Part shown: positions 35,884-47,800 of the stretch, piece after piece
Layout: the number at the start of each line of letters is the position of its first letter
Numbering within the stretch: position 1 is the first letter of the stretch
Source: Aplysia californica
Lineage: Eukaryota
Reading direction: 5' to 3'
Assembly: GCF_000002075.1 (NCBI RefSeq)
Contig: NW_004797397.1
Coordinates: 868,071 to 919,473 of the forward strand
Length of the DNA: 51,403 nt
The notes under the pieces: model-generated
The model's database searches: none
What the model saw: the letters and a program-made list of their open reading frames with translations, nothing else
Told to the model about the DNA's origin: nothing
Made by a program: the position numbers and the translations under genes

Positions 35884-36930
35884 CCCGACCCGACCTGACT
35901 CCTGACCCGGCCCGGGTCACTGGGCAGCGGCGGCGGGCACCCCGTAGTGCAAAGGAGCGAATTGTCCCCCTTGGCGTCGTTATTTTTAGTCCTGGAAGAA
36001 CATTTCGGTGTTTTTAATGACAATTTATTATTATTTTCCCAAATTTTGCGAGAAATTGGCTAAAATTCGCGAATTCATGAAAATGGTAAAAGTTGCCCAA
36101 AAGTTGCGCTGAGGGCAAAAGTTGCGCGCGCACTTTGCGGGTTGCCCCCCGCGAATTTTCTCCTGAAGGACAGAATTAGAGCACTCCCCTCCCTGTCAGA
36201 AACCCTGGGAGATTTTTTTTTTTCCCCCCCCCAGAAATAAAAGATCCTTAAAAGAATTCTGGGTTTATTATAAATATAGGTTTATAGAAGCATGGTTTAA
36301 ATATATTTGGCGGAAATTAACGGAATAAACCCAGGAATAAACTTAAAATATTTTTGGNNNNNNNNNNNNNNNNNNNNNNNNNNNNNNNNNNNNNNNNNNN
36401 NNNNNNNNNNNNNNNNNNNNNNNNNNNNNNNNNNNNNNNNNNNNNNNNNNNNNNNNNCCCGACCCGACCTGACTCCTGACCCGGCCCGGGTCACTGGGCA
36501 GCGGCGGCGGGCACCCCGTAGTGCAAAGGAGCGAATTGTCCCCCTTGGCGTCGTTATTTTTAGTCCTGGAAGAACATTTCGATGTTTTTAATGACAATTT
36601 ATTATTATTTTCCCAAATTTTGCGAGAAATTGGCTAAAATTCGCGAATTCATGAAAATGGTAAAAGTTGCCCAAAAGTTGCGCTGAGGGCAAAAGTTGCG
36701 CGCGCAACTTGCGGGTTGCGCGCGCGAATTTCTCTGAGGACAGACTAGAGCACTCCCTCCCTGTCAGAAACCATGGTAGATTTTTTATTCCCCCACAGTA
36801 TTAATAGATCTTTATATGATTCTGGTTTCTTATTACTGAAAGAAGTTAATTATAAATATAGATTATAAGAGCAATGTTAAATATATTGCGGAAATAACGG
36901 ATAAACCAAGGAATAAACTAAAATATTTAG
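35884..36930. repeat. Direct duplication flanking a 100-N gap (36358-36457); probable unmerged contig overlap, transposon-end-like sequence
   Basis: 35884-36357 matches 36458-~36930. The left copy degrades into homopolymer errors toward the gap. It contains short repeated AAAAGTTGC motifs. Confidence 0.75.
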
Positions 36931-37550
36931 GTGACCTTATTTGGGCCACTGTATGCTGTTGTTAAGCAGAGATACAAAAACAAACAAAAACAAACTAGGC
37001 TAAAATTATAAACTGAATGAGAAAAACAGTACATGTAGTAGAATTAGAGCTAGGCCTAGTTTACTGAATGCCGAATGAGGTGAAAGTAAGTCCAACCCAA
37101 GTCTCAACACATTGCCCTAATCTAGATCCAACAAATCACTCGGATCTAGGAGGATTATGCCTCCATTTAAAACTGAAATTCACAGGTGTTCTCAAGTCTT
37201 TTGTGATAATCCAGTTTTGGCCAAATATTAGAGGTACCGTATTACCAGAGAGTTAACAAATACAGAAAAGAAGAAAGAGAAATAATGACGAAAGATGTTT
37301 AATAGGAGAGAATGAGTAAATCATATCAGCAGAGCATCCATCAACCACCTAATCTATGGTGAGTGGTGAGTAGCCAGTAGTCATACTAGAAAAGGGAGAA
37401 TACATGTACATATTTTCCCGAAACAAAAAAAGATATCCGTACTCAAACCCTTAAAAAAAATCTAAATTCTTTATCTATGCGTTGTGTGTTTGTTTAATTG
37501 AAGAAGTGCACATGGACATAATAATGGCCAGCCAGTGCAGGAAACAAATA

Positions 37551-38860
37551 CAGTGGAAACCATATATAAGGCCCGGTAATAACAGGGATCCGGTAATCCG
37601 TTTTTTCCTACTCTTTGTCTCTATTAAACGTTATCGGCAATAACAGGGCCTCATCAGAGCCCAATCGGTTATAGCAGGGACAAAGGCTCGTCAACAATGT
37701 GTTTTTAGTTTAGTTTTAGTAGACGTTTTACAGCACTCGCAACTGCATAAGGTCATATGAGCGCCAGAAGATAAGAGGTGTTACAAGAGAGTAACAAACA
37801 TAAAAAAAGAAGAAGGGGAAAAGGACGATAGATGTTTGATAGGAAAGAAAGACCAAACCACACCAAAGCACCCGCCAACCANNNNNNNNNNNNNNNNNNN
37901 NNNNNNNNNNNNNNNNNNNNNNNNNNNNNNNNNNNNNNNNNNNNNNNNNNNNNNNNNNNNNNNNNNNNNNNNNNNNNNNNNNNNNNNNNNNNNNNNNNNN
38001 NNNNNNNNNAAGCCCACGCAAGCCACGTCACTTTGCTACATGCACGCCTAAAACCCCTGTTCGTGGATACTTGTGGCAAGGGAAACTACCCATGAATAAA
38101 TAGCTGGATAAGGCCACAAATGCTTGCTTCCCTTGCATTTCTGATATAACAGGGATCCGATACAATAGGACTTTTTCTCTAGTCCTACCATCCCTGTTAC
38201 TGTTATATCAGGTTTCAACTGCAAGGCAGATGGATGGGAACACCAGAAACAGAGGGAAATAAAACAGTTATAGTGGGAAACCATACATGACAGGCCCGGT
38301 AATAACATGTATCCGATAATAACAGGGATTTTAAAAATCCTACTCTTCGTCTTTATTAAAAGTTATCGGCAATAACAGGGCCTCATCAGAGCCCAATCGG
38401 TTATAGCAGGGACAACAGTNNNNNNNNNNNNNNNNNNNNNNNNNNNNNNNNNNNNNNNNNNNNNNNNNNNNNNNNNNNNNNNNNNNNNNNNNNNNNNNNN
38501 NNNNNNNNNNNNNNNNNNNNNNNNNNNNNNNNNNNNNNNNNNNNNNNNCCACGCCACTGCAAGCACACCCAGCGGGTGAAGCGAGAGAGGACTGCGGTGT
38601 GCTGCAGTCTTCAATCTAGCCCTAAGCCAAGCTACACACATGCGTAATGTCATGCGGAGGCCTGCCACATGGCCACTAGAGAGGGCTGCAGTATGCTGTT
38701 GGTGGGTACTTGTGGCACGGGTAACTACCCATGAATATATACAGCTGTATTAGTCCACAAATGCTTTCTTCCCTTGTATTTCTGAAAGGGACCCGATACT
38801 GATATAACAACAGGACTTTTTCTCTGGTTCCACCATCCCTGTAATATCAGGTTTCCACTG
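37551..38860. mobile_element. Tc1/mariner-pogo-type MITE(s), probably two adjacent copies interrupted by gaps
   Basis: TA|CAGTGGAAACC at 37551 and GGTTTCCACTG|TA at 38860. Degenerate internal ends at ~38205-38223 and ~38270. Internal TAACAGGG motifs. Gaps at 37882-38009 and 38420-38548. Confidence 0.7.
37700..37881 (-). mobile_element. 3' end of a non-LTR retroelement (LINE/SINE tail)
   Basis: The minus strand ends ...ATGACCTTATGCAGTTGCGAG..GTAAAAC.. followed by a (CTAAA/CTAAAA)n tail. A close second copy lies at 40727-40910. Confidence 0.55.
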
Positions 38861-38872
38861 TAGATCCTATGT

Positions 38873-40282
38873 TAGCATCTGCGTTTGTCGCGGCCGCGAT
38901 TTTTAGCATTTTTGGGTCCGAGAATCGCAGCAGGGATTTTTGCATTTTTCAAGAAAGACAAAACAACAAAGCTACTTCATAACATATTAGACATGTATTT
39001 TGATAAGTTTTAAGATGTCCATGTATATCTATTTTCATGCAGAGAATATAAGTACTTTACATGACATAATTTACATGTACAGTGGAATCCTGTTATAACG
39101 AGAGGGAGGGGACCAAAATGTCCGTTATAGCAGGATTCTCGCTATGAGGGATCCAATAAGTTCAAGGGAAACTGTAAAGTACGCCTAATCTATGAGTTTG
39201 GTGTTCTGTTTTTCCTTTTGCTATCTCCCCTGATGACGATTTTGTTTCAACATGACCTCTAGGTCTTACTTGATCAAAAATCGAATCAGGTTTCTTTCTC
39301 TAGCGCTAGATCTAGCGATGTGGACTGACAGCTTGGCGTTGGAGATCAGAAGGGAAGGGCTCCGGGCTAACTCACCCGCTGTGTTTTCCACCACCCCACC
39401 ACACCCTGTGGTGCATTCTGTCTGCTTGCGCACGTCACACATTCGCTCCGTTCATCACATTGCTGTAACCTCTCCATCCCCGCATCGGAGAAGTGAGAGG
39501 CATGGTAGGCCTTGATAATCTACACTAGGCTTACCCTGACACATCACACGATGCGTTCTGCTTGTCTGCGCATGCCACACCATCCCTACTCAGTTACTCC
39601 GGCTTTCATTATTGACGCACATGGGCTCTCCTTTTCTTTGCTTCGCAAGATTACCAACAAATTTCTCAACTGGCGAGGTTTTACGTTTTATGTATAATTG
39701 GCCTATGCACTGTGCACAGCAGCAGCAATATTCCGCCATAACCGACTCTCATGTTTGTCTGATAGCGCTATATCAGTATTTTATTTACAAAGGTAAAGAG
39801 GAGAAAAAAACGGGGTTTTAGAATAATGTCTTTATAACAGACTTCTCGTTTTTTCCGGACTCGTTATAAGTGGACTCCACTGTAATAATATCCTGTAGTC
39901 CTACTTAAAAAAAAATTACACACGGTTGGGGTAAAAACAGCCAATCTTCGGATAGGTGGACACGAGCCCTAATTAAATTTGTAAATTTTTGTGGTTACTT
40001 ATCCGGGCTATTCAAACTTTGGTTTCATTCTGTTGTGAAACCTTTATTTTTCACGTTTTTACACTCTGGATGACTACAAATGATATTCTGGATGCATAAA
40101 AGTGAGCACAAGAAATTCTGGTGCTTTAGATTGTTATCTCTACTAACATATTGCTATACGTTGTCACAGAGAGTTGAAAACTTGAAAATTTATGGCAACT
40201 TTTGCAACTTTTTGTGGCAACTTTTTGACAAAAAAATGGCAACTTTTGGACAAAAAAATGGCAACAAACGCAGTCTATGCTA
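38873..40282. mobile_element. Non-autonomous DNA transposon with imperfect terminal inverted repeats
   Basis: TAGCATCTGCGTTTGT at the left and ACAAACGCAGTCTATGCTA at the right, with subterminal GGCAACTTTT repeats. A related end (GTCGCGGCCGCGACAAACGCATGCTA) lies at ~48677-48702. No clean TSD seen. Confidence 0.6.
39080..39882. mobile_element. pogo/Tigger-like MITE nested in the preceding element
   Basis: 23-bp imperfect TIRs CAGTGGAATCCTGTTATAACGAG / CTCGTTATAAGTGGACTCCACTG, flanked by TA on both sides. No transposase ORF. Confidence 0.8.
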
Positions 40283-40726
40283 GCCTAACAGAGGTACCAT
40301 CCAACCACACATAAACGGAGGACATGTTACTCATGACAAAATGAGGAACAAAGCAAAGGGCCGCGACCAGTAGATACAGGCACAGCAAAGAAAGAATATA
40401 TATATATATATATCCATAATTCTAACGAGCACTGAACTGAGTGTGAATTATTTTTGCAACAACTCCCACTGACATTCAACATCATCATAGTTTATCAACT
40501 TTCATTTTGAAGATGACAGTTTTTTCCCGTCATCTTTAACTTTAAGAGTAAATACTGGAACGAAACCCAAGCAATTGGTGTGCAATCTGTTTAACACTTT
40601 GCCATCATATTTTGGGGAAAATCCAAAGACTGGGTGGTAAACATCGCCAATTGGCGAGATGAGGCGGCAAAGTGTTAAAGATGAAGAACATATTATATTA
40701 CAATGAGAAAACAGAGTTCCCAAGAA

Positions 40727-40910
40727 AAGTTTAGTTTTAGTTTTAGTAGAGGTTTTACGGTGCTCGCAACTGCATAAGGTCATATAAGCGCCAGAAGATT
40801 AGAGGTGTTACAAGAGAGTAACAAATATAAAAAGAAGAAGGGGAGATAAGGACAATAGATGTTTGATAGGAAAGAAGAAGCAGCAAACCACACCAGAGCA
40901 CCCGCCAATC
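40727..40910 (-). mobile_element. 3' end of a non-LTR retroelement (second copy)
   Basis: Homologous to 37700-37881. A weaker fragment lies at ~44318-44380. Confidence 0.55.
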
Positions 40911-41732
40911 GCCCACTTCCCAAGAAAAGACAAATGGCAGAGTGACATCATCAAAAAACAAACAAACAACACCCCCCCCCCAACCTCGCAATACCAAAAT
41001 CAAAAATAAATAACTGAAAAAAAGAAGACATTTCTTTTTTGTGAACTAACTTTATTTACAGAAAAAAATAATTATTTACACAACCATATGTTCTGCCAAA
41101 ATGTATTCCTGGAAAACACCATATCTTTCCCCTGTTCAAAGTGTTCACCAACTTAAAGGTGCAATGACAAAAAATCCCCTACATTTAGCTTTTGAGTCAA
41201 ATATCTTCCCCGTTGCAAAACAAAGAAGAGTAGATAAAAAGCAAAATGCAACCCACAAATTAACATGCTTCTCAAACATGAAGGGGAGTACCAACCATAA
41301 ATTGAACCCCCCCCTCCCCCCCAACCAAAACAGATAATTTTAATTGTTCATCCCCTACCCCATCCAATCAAAGTACCTATCCAGCTTCCAACAACATTCC
41401 AGATTGTGCAACCTCCAGACCAAACAACAATGTACGTCGATCAGGAACACACTTGAAACAACAGATCACATTTCAATCCATTCCAAAACAAAAAACAGCT
41501 TGCTATACGTACTACCACAGGGTAGATATTTATTGAGAAATAGTATTGAGGCCTGTGCAAACCTTACCAGAGTACATATGTGCAGGAACAGTTCATCTGA
41601 ATAAAAATTACTTGTGGATCTCTTTACAATTCAAATATATGAGGCAAGTTCTCAGATAGATGAAATCTAACACCCAACAAATAATAATAATAGTCAAAAT
41701 AATATCTCGTTGTGATCTGAGCTTGCCACAAG

Positions 41733-41830
41733 CTAATTAGAAACGGCAGTCTTCTCGCCAGGTGGGTCGGTTCCCTGGTTCTTAATCTTGTAGTCCTGGA
41801 GGGCTGCCTTGATAGCATCTTCAGCCAACA
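41733..41830 (-). CDS. ISCU: ISCU coding exon 5
   Basis: (M)[16 protein letters not shown]...SN*; acceptor ttcctcag. Confidence 0.95.
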
Positions 41831-44800
41831 CTGAGGAATACAGAGAAGGAAAAAAAAAAATCCTATTAATAGCAATATCTCTGGGAATTTGAAAATGGTG
41901 AGGAAGTCTGGAGATCCCTCCTATCCTCCAAAAGTCAATTTCTTCTAACAAAGGATCATTTAAGTGTGTTATCTTCCATTTTAATAAATAAAAGACACAA
42001 ATAAAGGAATTTGCAACCACAGTCCAGCACACATATAGCAAAATAGGCGGGATACAGATATCTTTTTGTTATGTCTTAATTTCACGAAGCCAAGCATGTA
42101 CAAATGTTACATCAATGGAGATAAATACAGTTGGACTATTGGGTCAAAGTTTTTCATGAACGATGCCCCCCCCCCCCCCCCCCCCCCAGGTCAGATTTCG
42201 GTTTTTGACATTGGCTTTTTTATAATCAACCTTTTCTAGGATCAGCTGTTTTTTCCTTGACCAAAAAAACCATTTCGTATCTTTTGCTCTGTCACAGTCC
42301 ACTCTCTATAACTTCACCTCAACCTAACTTTGCAGAGCACATGCAAACTGTGCATAGTGTGCTGTCTGTTTAGTATATGGACCTTCCAGCGACAGCAGAC
42401 TATGCAATTTTAAGTGTGCAGACCTCATCTATCCCTGATCACCACTGCAAGGTATGCAATAACATGTCCCTGACCTCACCACTGCCCTCGGCTCTGTAGA
42501 AAATTTGTTGGTCTACACTCTACACCCATCACACCCACCTGCGCTCTCTACTTTAACAAATGAAAATTTGCATTTCTGTTTACTTAAATTTACACTCTAT
42601 TGTTACTTCTTTTGGTTATTTGCCTATTGTTTACGCTTCGAGCGTTAAAAAATCATATTGCCATGTGCATGTACTGTATGTGCATGCTAGATTGTATTGT
42701 TATGAAATGGAGAACAGTGTCAGCAATAACAGCAATAGAAAATAGATAAGATGTGGTACAATCTGCACTATGACAGGTTAGCTGGCAGTGTCATCATGGA
42801 ATTTTTATTAAATGCAAGGGGGGGAAAGTAGTCGTTTGTACTGATGATTGTCTTGGACAGTTGGACGTTAGAGCAGATTCGACCGTATTCATAAACACCA
42901 ATGTTGTCATAACCTTGAAATATACATTAGTCTTCCCACTGTTCTTTTTAGAACAAGTGACTGACCTGAGGCAAACTATAAGATATACTCTATGACTGTG
43001 AACAACCCTGGGTTTAAATAAAACTGTACTCAAATGATCAACTCAATTGTCAGCAATGTACAAGTACCATAGCCTGAATTCTGCACTTAGTGTGAGTGTG
43101 AGTCTCATAACACTGAAAATGCCACTGAATTTCAAAGATATGGAGAGTTCAACAGACTGGGAAACAAAGAAATTCAATGACAAACTTTACAATAACAATA
43201 GAGGCATCTCAAAATAAAATTGAAACTTTCACAAGTGGGATAACTCAAATTTGCTTTTGAAAAACTTGCGCAAAACAGTTTACTTTACCACACTTGCAAC
43301 ACTGTAAATTATGATGGAGCGGGACTTCTGAATTTAATGTCCACATCCGATAGGACAGAGCCAGTGGGAAAATAATGTGTCCAGTGCCTTTCCCAAGGAC
43401 ACAATGTTGGACCAATCTGAGCAACAAACCCTTGCACCCACAATCTCATGTTGCATTGAATTTTTGTCCCACATGACAAAAGTTAAACCCCCCCCCCCCC
43501 CCCCCCCAATGGGTTTTACTACACATGAAAAGAACAGTATAAACAGTGATCTTACTTGAGCAATGCAATTTCACAGGAGGCAGCGAAAGTTCTTTAGCAA
43601 TCTCAGTATTCTTGATTTTCAAAGCTTCGTCCATCTGTGAAATGCGAGAACAAAACACAATTAAAGCACAATGGGAGGTTGTTTATTTGTGTAAAGGAAG
43701 CACATCGACACAATAACAAGTCATAGAGAGTTAAGGGAAAAAGTAAGACGGACATACAGAAATAACAGAGAGGAAAGAAAAGAAGAAGGACCTACCAGTG
43801 GTGCCCTTCAACCACCCCCTAGCAAGGTTGTTACCTTATGCTTGGTTCGTTATGAACAAGGCTCATTAAAAATATTTTTGTCAACAAAATAAAAGAAAAT
43901 GAGAGAAACTGCTTGGTAATGTCAATAATTTCACAAATGGGTCAAGACCTCACCACAGGGACAATGTGCTTCCTCAATCCCCATCCTGCTTGGTTAGTAC
44001 AGTCATGACATCATTGATTTTTAACTTTATTTAACCTCCCTGTTAGGACGGTTCAATTAGAGTCTACATTCAAATTATCATAGCATAGTGGCAATCAATT
44101 ACCACAATTTTTTTAGACAATGCGGAAAGAGACACAGAAGAAAGTGATCATTACGATTCCTATTAGACCCAACACCCCCTTTTTTTACACAAAGCACCTT
44201 CTCTACACAGGTTACCATAAGTCATAAGCAAAATGAAAACCCAAAGTGCTCCAACCATCTTGGCCATAATCAGGGGAGAAAAAGTCGAGGTCGACAGCAA
44301 AAGTCCAATTTACAGATTCTATGTCTGATAGGAAAGAAGGAACAAGCCACATCAGAAAACCTGCCAACCACCCACAGGGCAGTAGTTCATTTTTAGCAAT
44401 TCATACTGAGTTCAATTCAAGTGAAAACTACAGTGCATTCTTAGAAAGTAAGAGCGACTTTCCACAGCACAATACAATTTCTACCATTTCCGACAGTTCA
44501 CACAACTTCACAACAAGTTCATTTGACAATCACACAGCAGAAGCATGTCTAATACACGTTCCGCTACACATTCACTAAATTGAAAATATGCACATAACAG
44601 GGGGACATCTTTAACATAGCCATTAAAGCTACAAAGACCGTCCCATTCCTCTGTCTTATTTAGCCGTATCACAGTGTGTTAACAAGAGACAGCCACAGCA
44701 AATATACACTGTAACTAAAAGAATCTTCAAAAACATTATAACAAAAACACAACTTACACTGCTCCCTTCACTTTGTTTCATAATCTCTGCCAGGAAAAGC

Positions 44801-47800
44801 CCCAAAACGAATGTTCAACTTACCGTTTTACCCTTCACCCATTCTGTAGCAAGAGAACTAGATGCAATGGCAGAACCACAACCAAATGTCTTGAACTTTG
44901 CATCAACGATCTTCCCATCATCATCAACCTTGATCTGAAGAAAGCAAGACAAGACATTAACAATCATAACATGCAACTGTACAGGTTGGGAAAAATGTAA
45001 GCAGGAAGATTAATTCCAGTTGATCAAACATAAGCCGCATGGCTTAGATGGTAAGAATAAAATATAATTCAGAACTTGTTAAGTCTCATCGGATAAATGA
45101 GAAAAGAACATCCTCATACACATACATACATGGTATATTTCTTGAAGAATATAATATAAAAACAAATAGTAGCAAAAGACAGGCGTCAAGTGTAGACATA
45201 TAATCATATCCATGCAACTTTAACACTGTCACTTTATACAAACATGAAGTTCAAGCTATTATATTTTAACCCTTAACTTACAACCTCGCATATTTTTCTC
45301 ACAAGTTCTCGATCCCTCAGGCTCAGTCCCAGAAGCTACCCTCACAGGAGCCTGACAACCCCAAACCCAGCTGGATATTTTTACTGTAACCAAATTGCCT
45401 CTGAAAAATACATTATATGTTATCTTCTAAAGATTCAAATAAACGCAGTAGAGAACTTTTAAAAAAATGTTTGCGAAAAATAATTACACACACAATCTTC
45501 AGTGTTGGCTGGGCCTAAAGAGGCAAAGGAGTTTAAAGTCTAGTAAGCACACTATGTGGGGGCTAAAACTAGCCCGGTGCTGGTAAGGGTTAATGGTAGT
45601 TTATGAGAAGTTTGCGCAACGAAAGCATATTTCGCCACTGCACAAAAGGAGAAACAAAGAAGTAGAATGAGCAGGCCACACCAGAGTGTGTGTACTGACA
45701 ACCTGCAACATCCCCCCTCCCCCCCCCCCCCCCCTTGAAAAAAAACCCCAATGCTAACCTGCAACTTCATCACATCTCCACACGCAGGGGCCCCCACCAG
45801 TCCTGTGCCAACTTTTTTGTCCTCTTTGTCTAAGGACCCAACGTTTCTCGGGTTTTCATAATGGTCAATCACCTGAAAAAAAGAAAGTTTTTTATTAACT
45901 ATAAAATTCCACAACATATATTCTACTAACTAGTGTTATTGGTTCATTCTTCCACAAAAGTTGCTAATACACAGCATCCTGACTATCATTTCAGTCAATT
46001 TGACAACTATTATAAACTCTACAGAAGGTAAAATTATCAAACTCAACCCCTTCCCCCCAAAAAACAAAACAACAACAAAATCCCAGGATTATTTCACAGT
46101 GAAAGATGGTGACCTTCCAATCAGCTGGTAGCGATCTTGAGCTTCTTTGCCATAGCTAACTTTTAATGTTTCTTGTGCATCATTCCAGATTTTATTCTAG
46201 TGCAAAAATTCAGCTCATTGCATCATCTTTATCCAGGGGGAGCTGTCTTGAGTTCATAACAAATTATAAGGACAGACATTCTACAACAGCAGGAGGGTGC
46301 CACTTTTCAAACTGCAGCAACTAGTTGCAGTGCCCCCCCCCACCCCATGTATGTGCCCCATTCTGGTACACTTGATCACTGCCATGCCTTCTTTTTTTAA
46401 AATTCAAGGACAAGTCCAAGAGCGCGGACTGACTCTTTAATGACCTATTTAGATATAAGGACGAGTCACCCTGACTGTAACAGCAGCATCAGTATCAGTG
46501 CCGCAGGTTATCCTCTGTAGAATGATTAGCAGCATGATGACATTTTTGCAGGTTGGGGTTAGTTGTAACTTAGTTGTCTGGTCTACTTGTCCAACTAGAT
46601 GTTTTAGCATTTGACTGAGTAGCCACATCACCTTACACATTTAGTGGCAAAAGTCAAAATATGCAGTTGGAATAGGCCAAACAGAGATATTCTAAATAAT
46701 CGTGCATCTGTCAAACTGTGCCAGAAAGTGTTTGCAAATAGGTGCATTTTGTAGCTTTATCTTCACTGAGCATGGAACTTTTTGAATTTTAAAAATCCAT
46801 CAGTAAACAAAAAAGTTACGGATTTTTTAATCAATTAATTTCTGGTACACTTTTATATAATGAAAAACCCCCAAAATATGGGACGTTCTTTGGTGAGTTT
46901 TGAGACAATATTCGTCATAACTCACTCATTTCTCAGAGTATTTAAAAGAAACTTGGCAACCCAGTACATTTTCTAGTGCAGAATCTAGTCCTGCTTTCAG
47001 ATTTTTCATAGCTATCCTATTTTTTGAGTTATGAAGACGTTTATAGGTAAAAATGTGGCGGTTTTCGGTGCGTTTTGAAACAATATTTGTCATAGCTCGC
47101 CTATTTCTTGGAATATGTAAATGAAACTTGGCAGTCTAGTACATTTTTAAATGCAGAATCTAGTCATGCAGTCAGATTTTTAATATCTGTCATACTTTTT
47201 GAGTTGTAAAGACATTAACAGGTAAAAAAGTGGCGTTCTTTACAGATTTACAAAGATTATCAGTCATATGTTCTCCCAAAGTCATGATATTTGAATGAAA
47301 CTTGGCAACATAAAAGGTTCTTCCTTGCCAAGCTATGCTCTGGATCAATTTGTCACAAAAATGTAAGTAGAGAGCTGGATTTATTAGTCTAATTAATCCA
47401 GTTCTGTACTAGTAAAAGCATGCATACTTTGTTATAGAAAATAAGATCGTCTCTGTGTATATTCCATTGTTCGACAGTGCCCTATTGTGTGGTAGATTAA
47501 GATGCGTTCAGAATATAGTTTACAAGTCATGGGAATATTTCGCATGTGTAGGCTACAACTCATACAATAAATGTAACATATTTACACCCCCCCCCCCCTC
47601 TCTCTCTCTCTCACGCTCGCGCACACACACACACACACATGCACGCGCGCGCACTCACGCACGCACGCACGCCTGAACGATAACAATGTATAAACGGGAC
47701 TATCTTCCCAGACTGGACTAAATAAGTACCATACTCTTTAATAACAATCTTAATGCCTCACTTTTACAAACTGAGCACACAGGACGAGTCCAAGTGTGTG

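Noticed and set aside
36181-36357. Rapidly diverged paralogue of 36740-36930
   Set aside because: The differences are homopolymer-type errors increasing toward the gap, typical of a low-quality read end.
41030-41732. miR-210 seed site or iron-responsive element in the ISCU 3' UTR
   Set aside because: By eye I found no ACGCACA seed match and no CAGUGN stem-loop.
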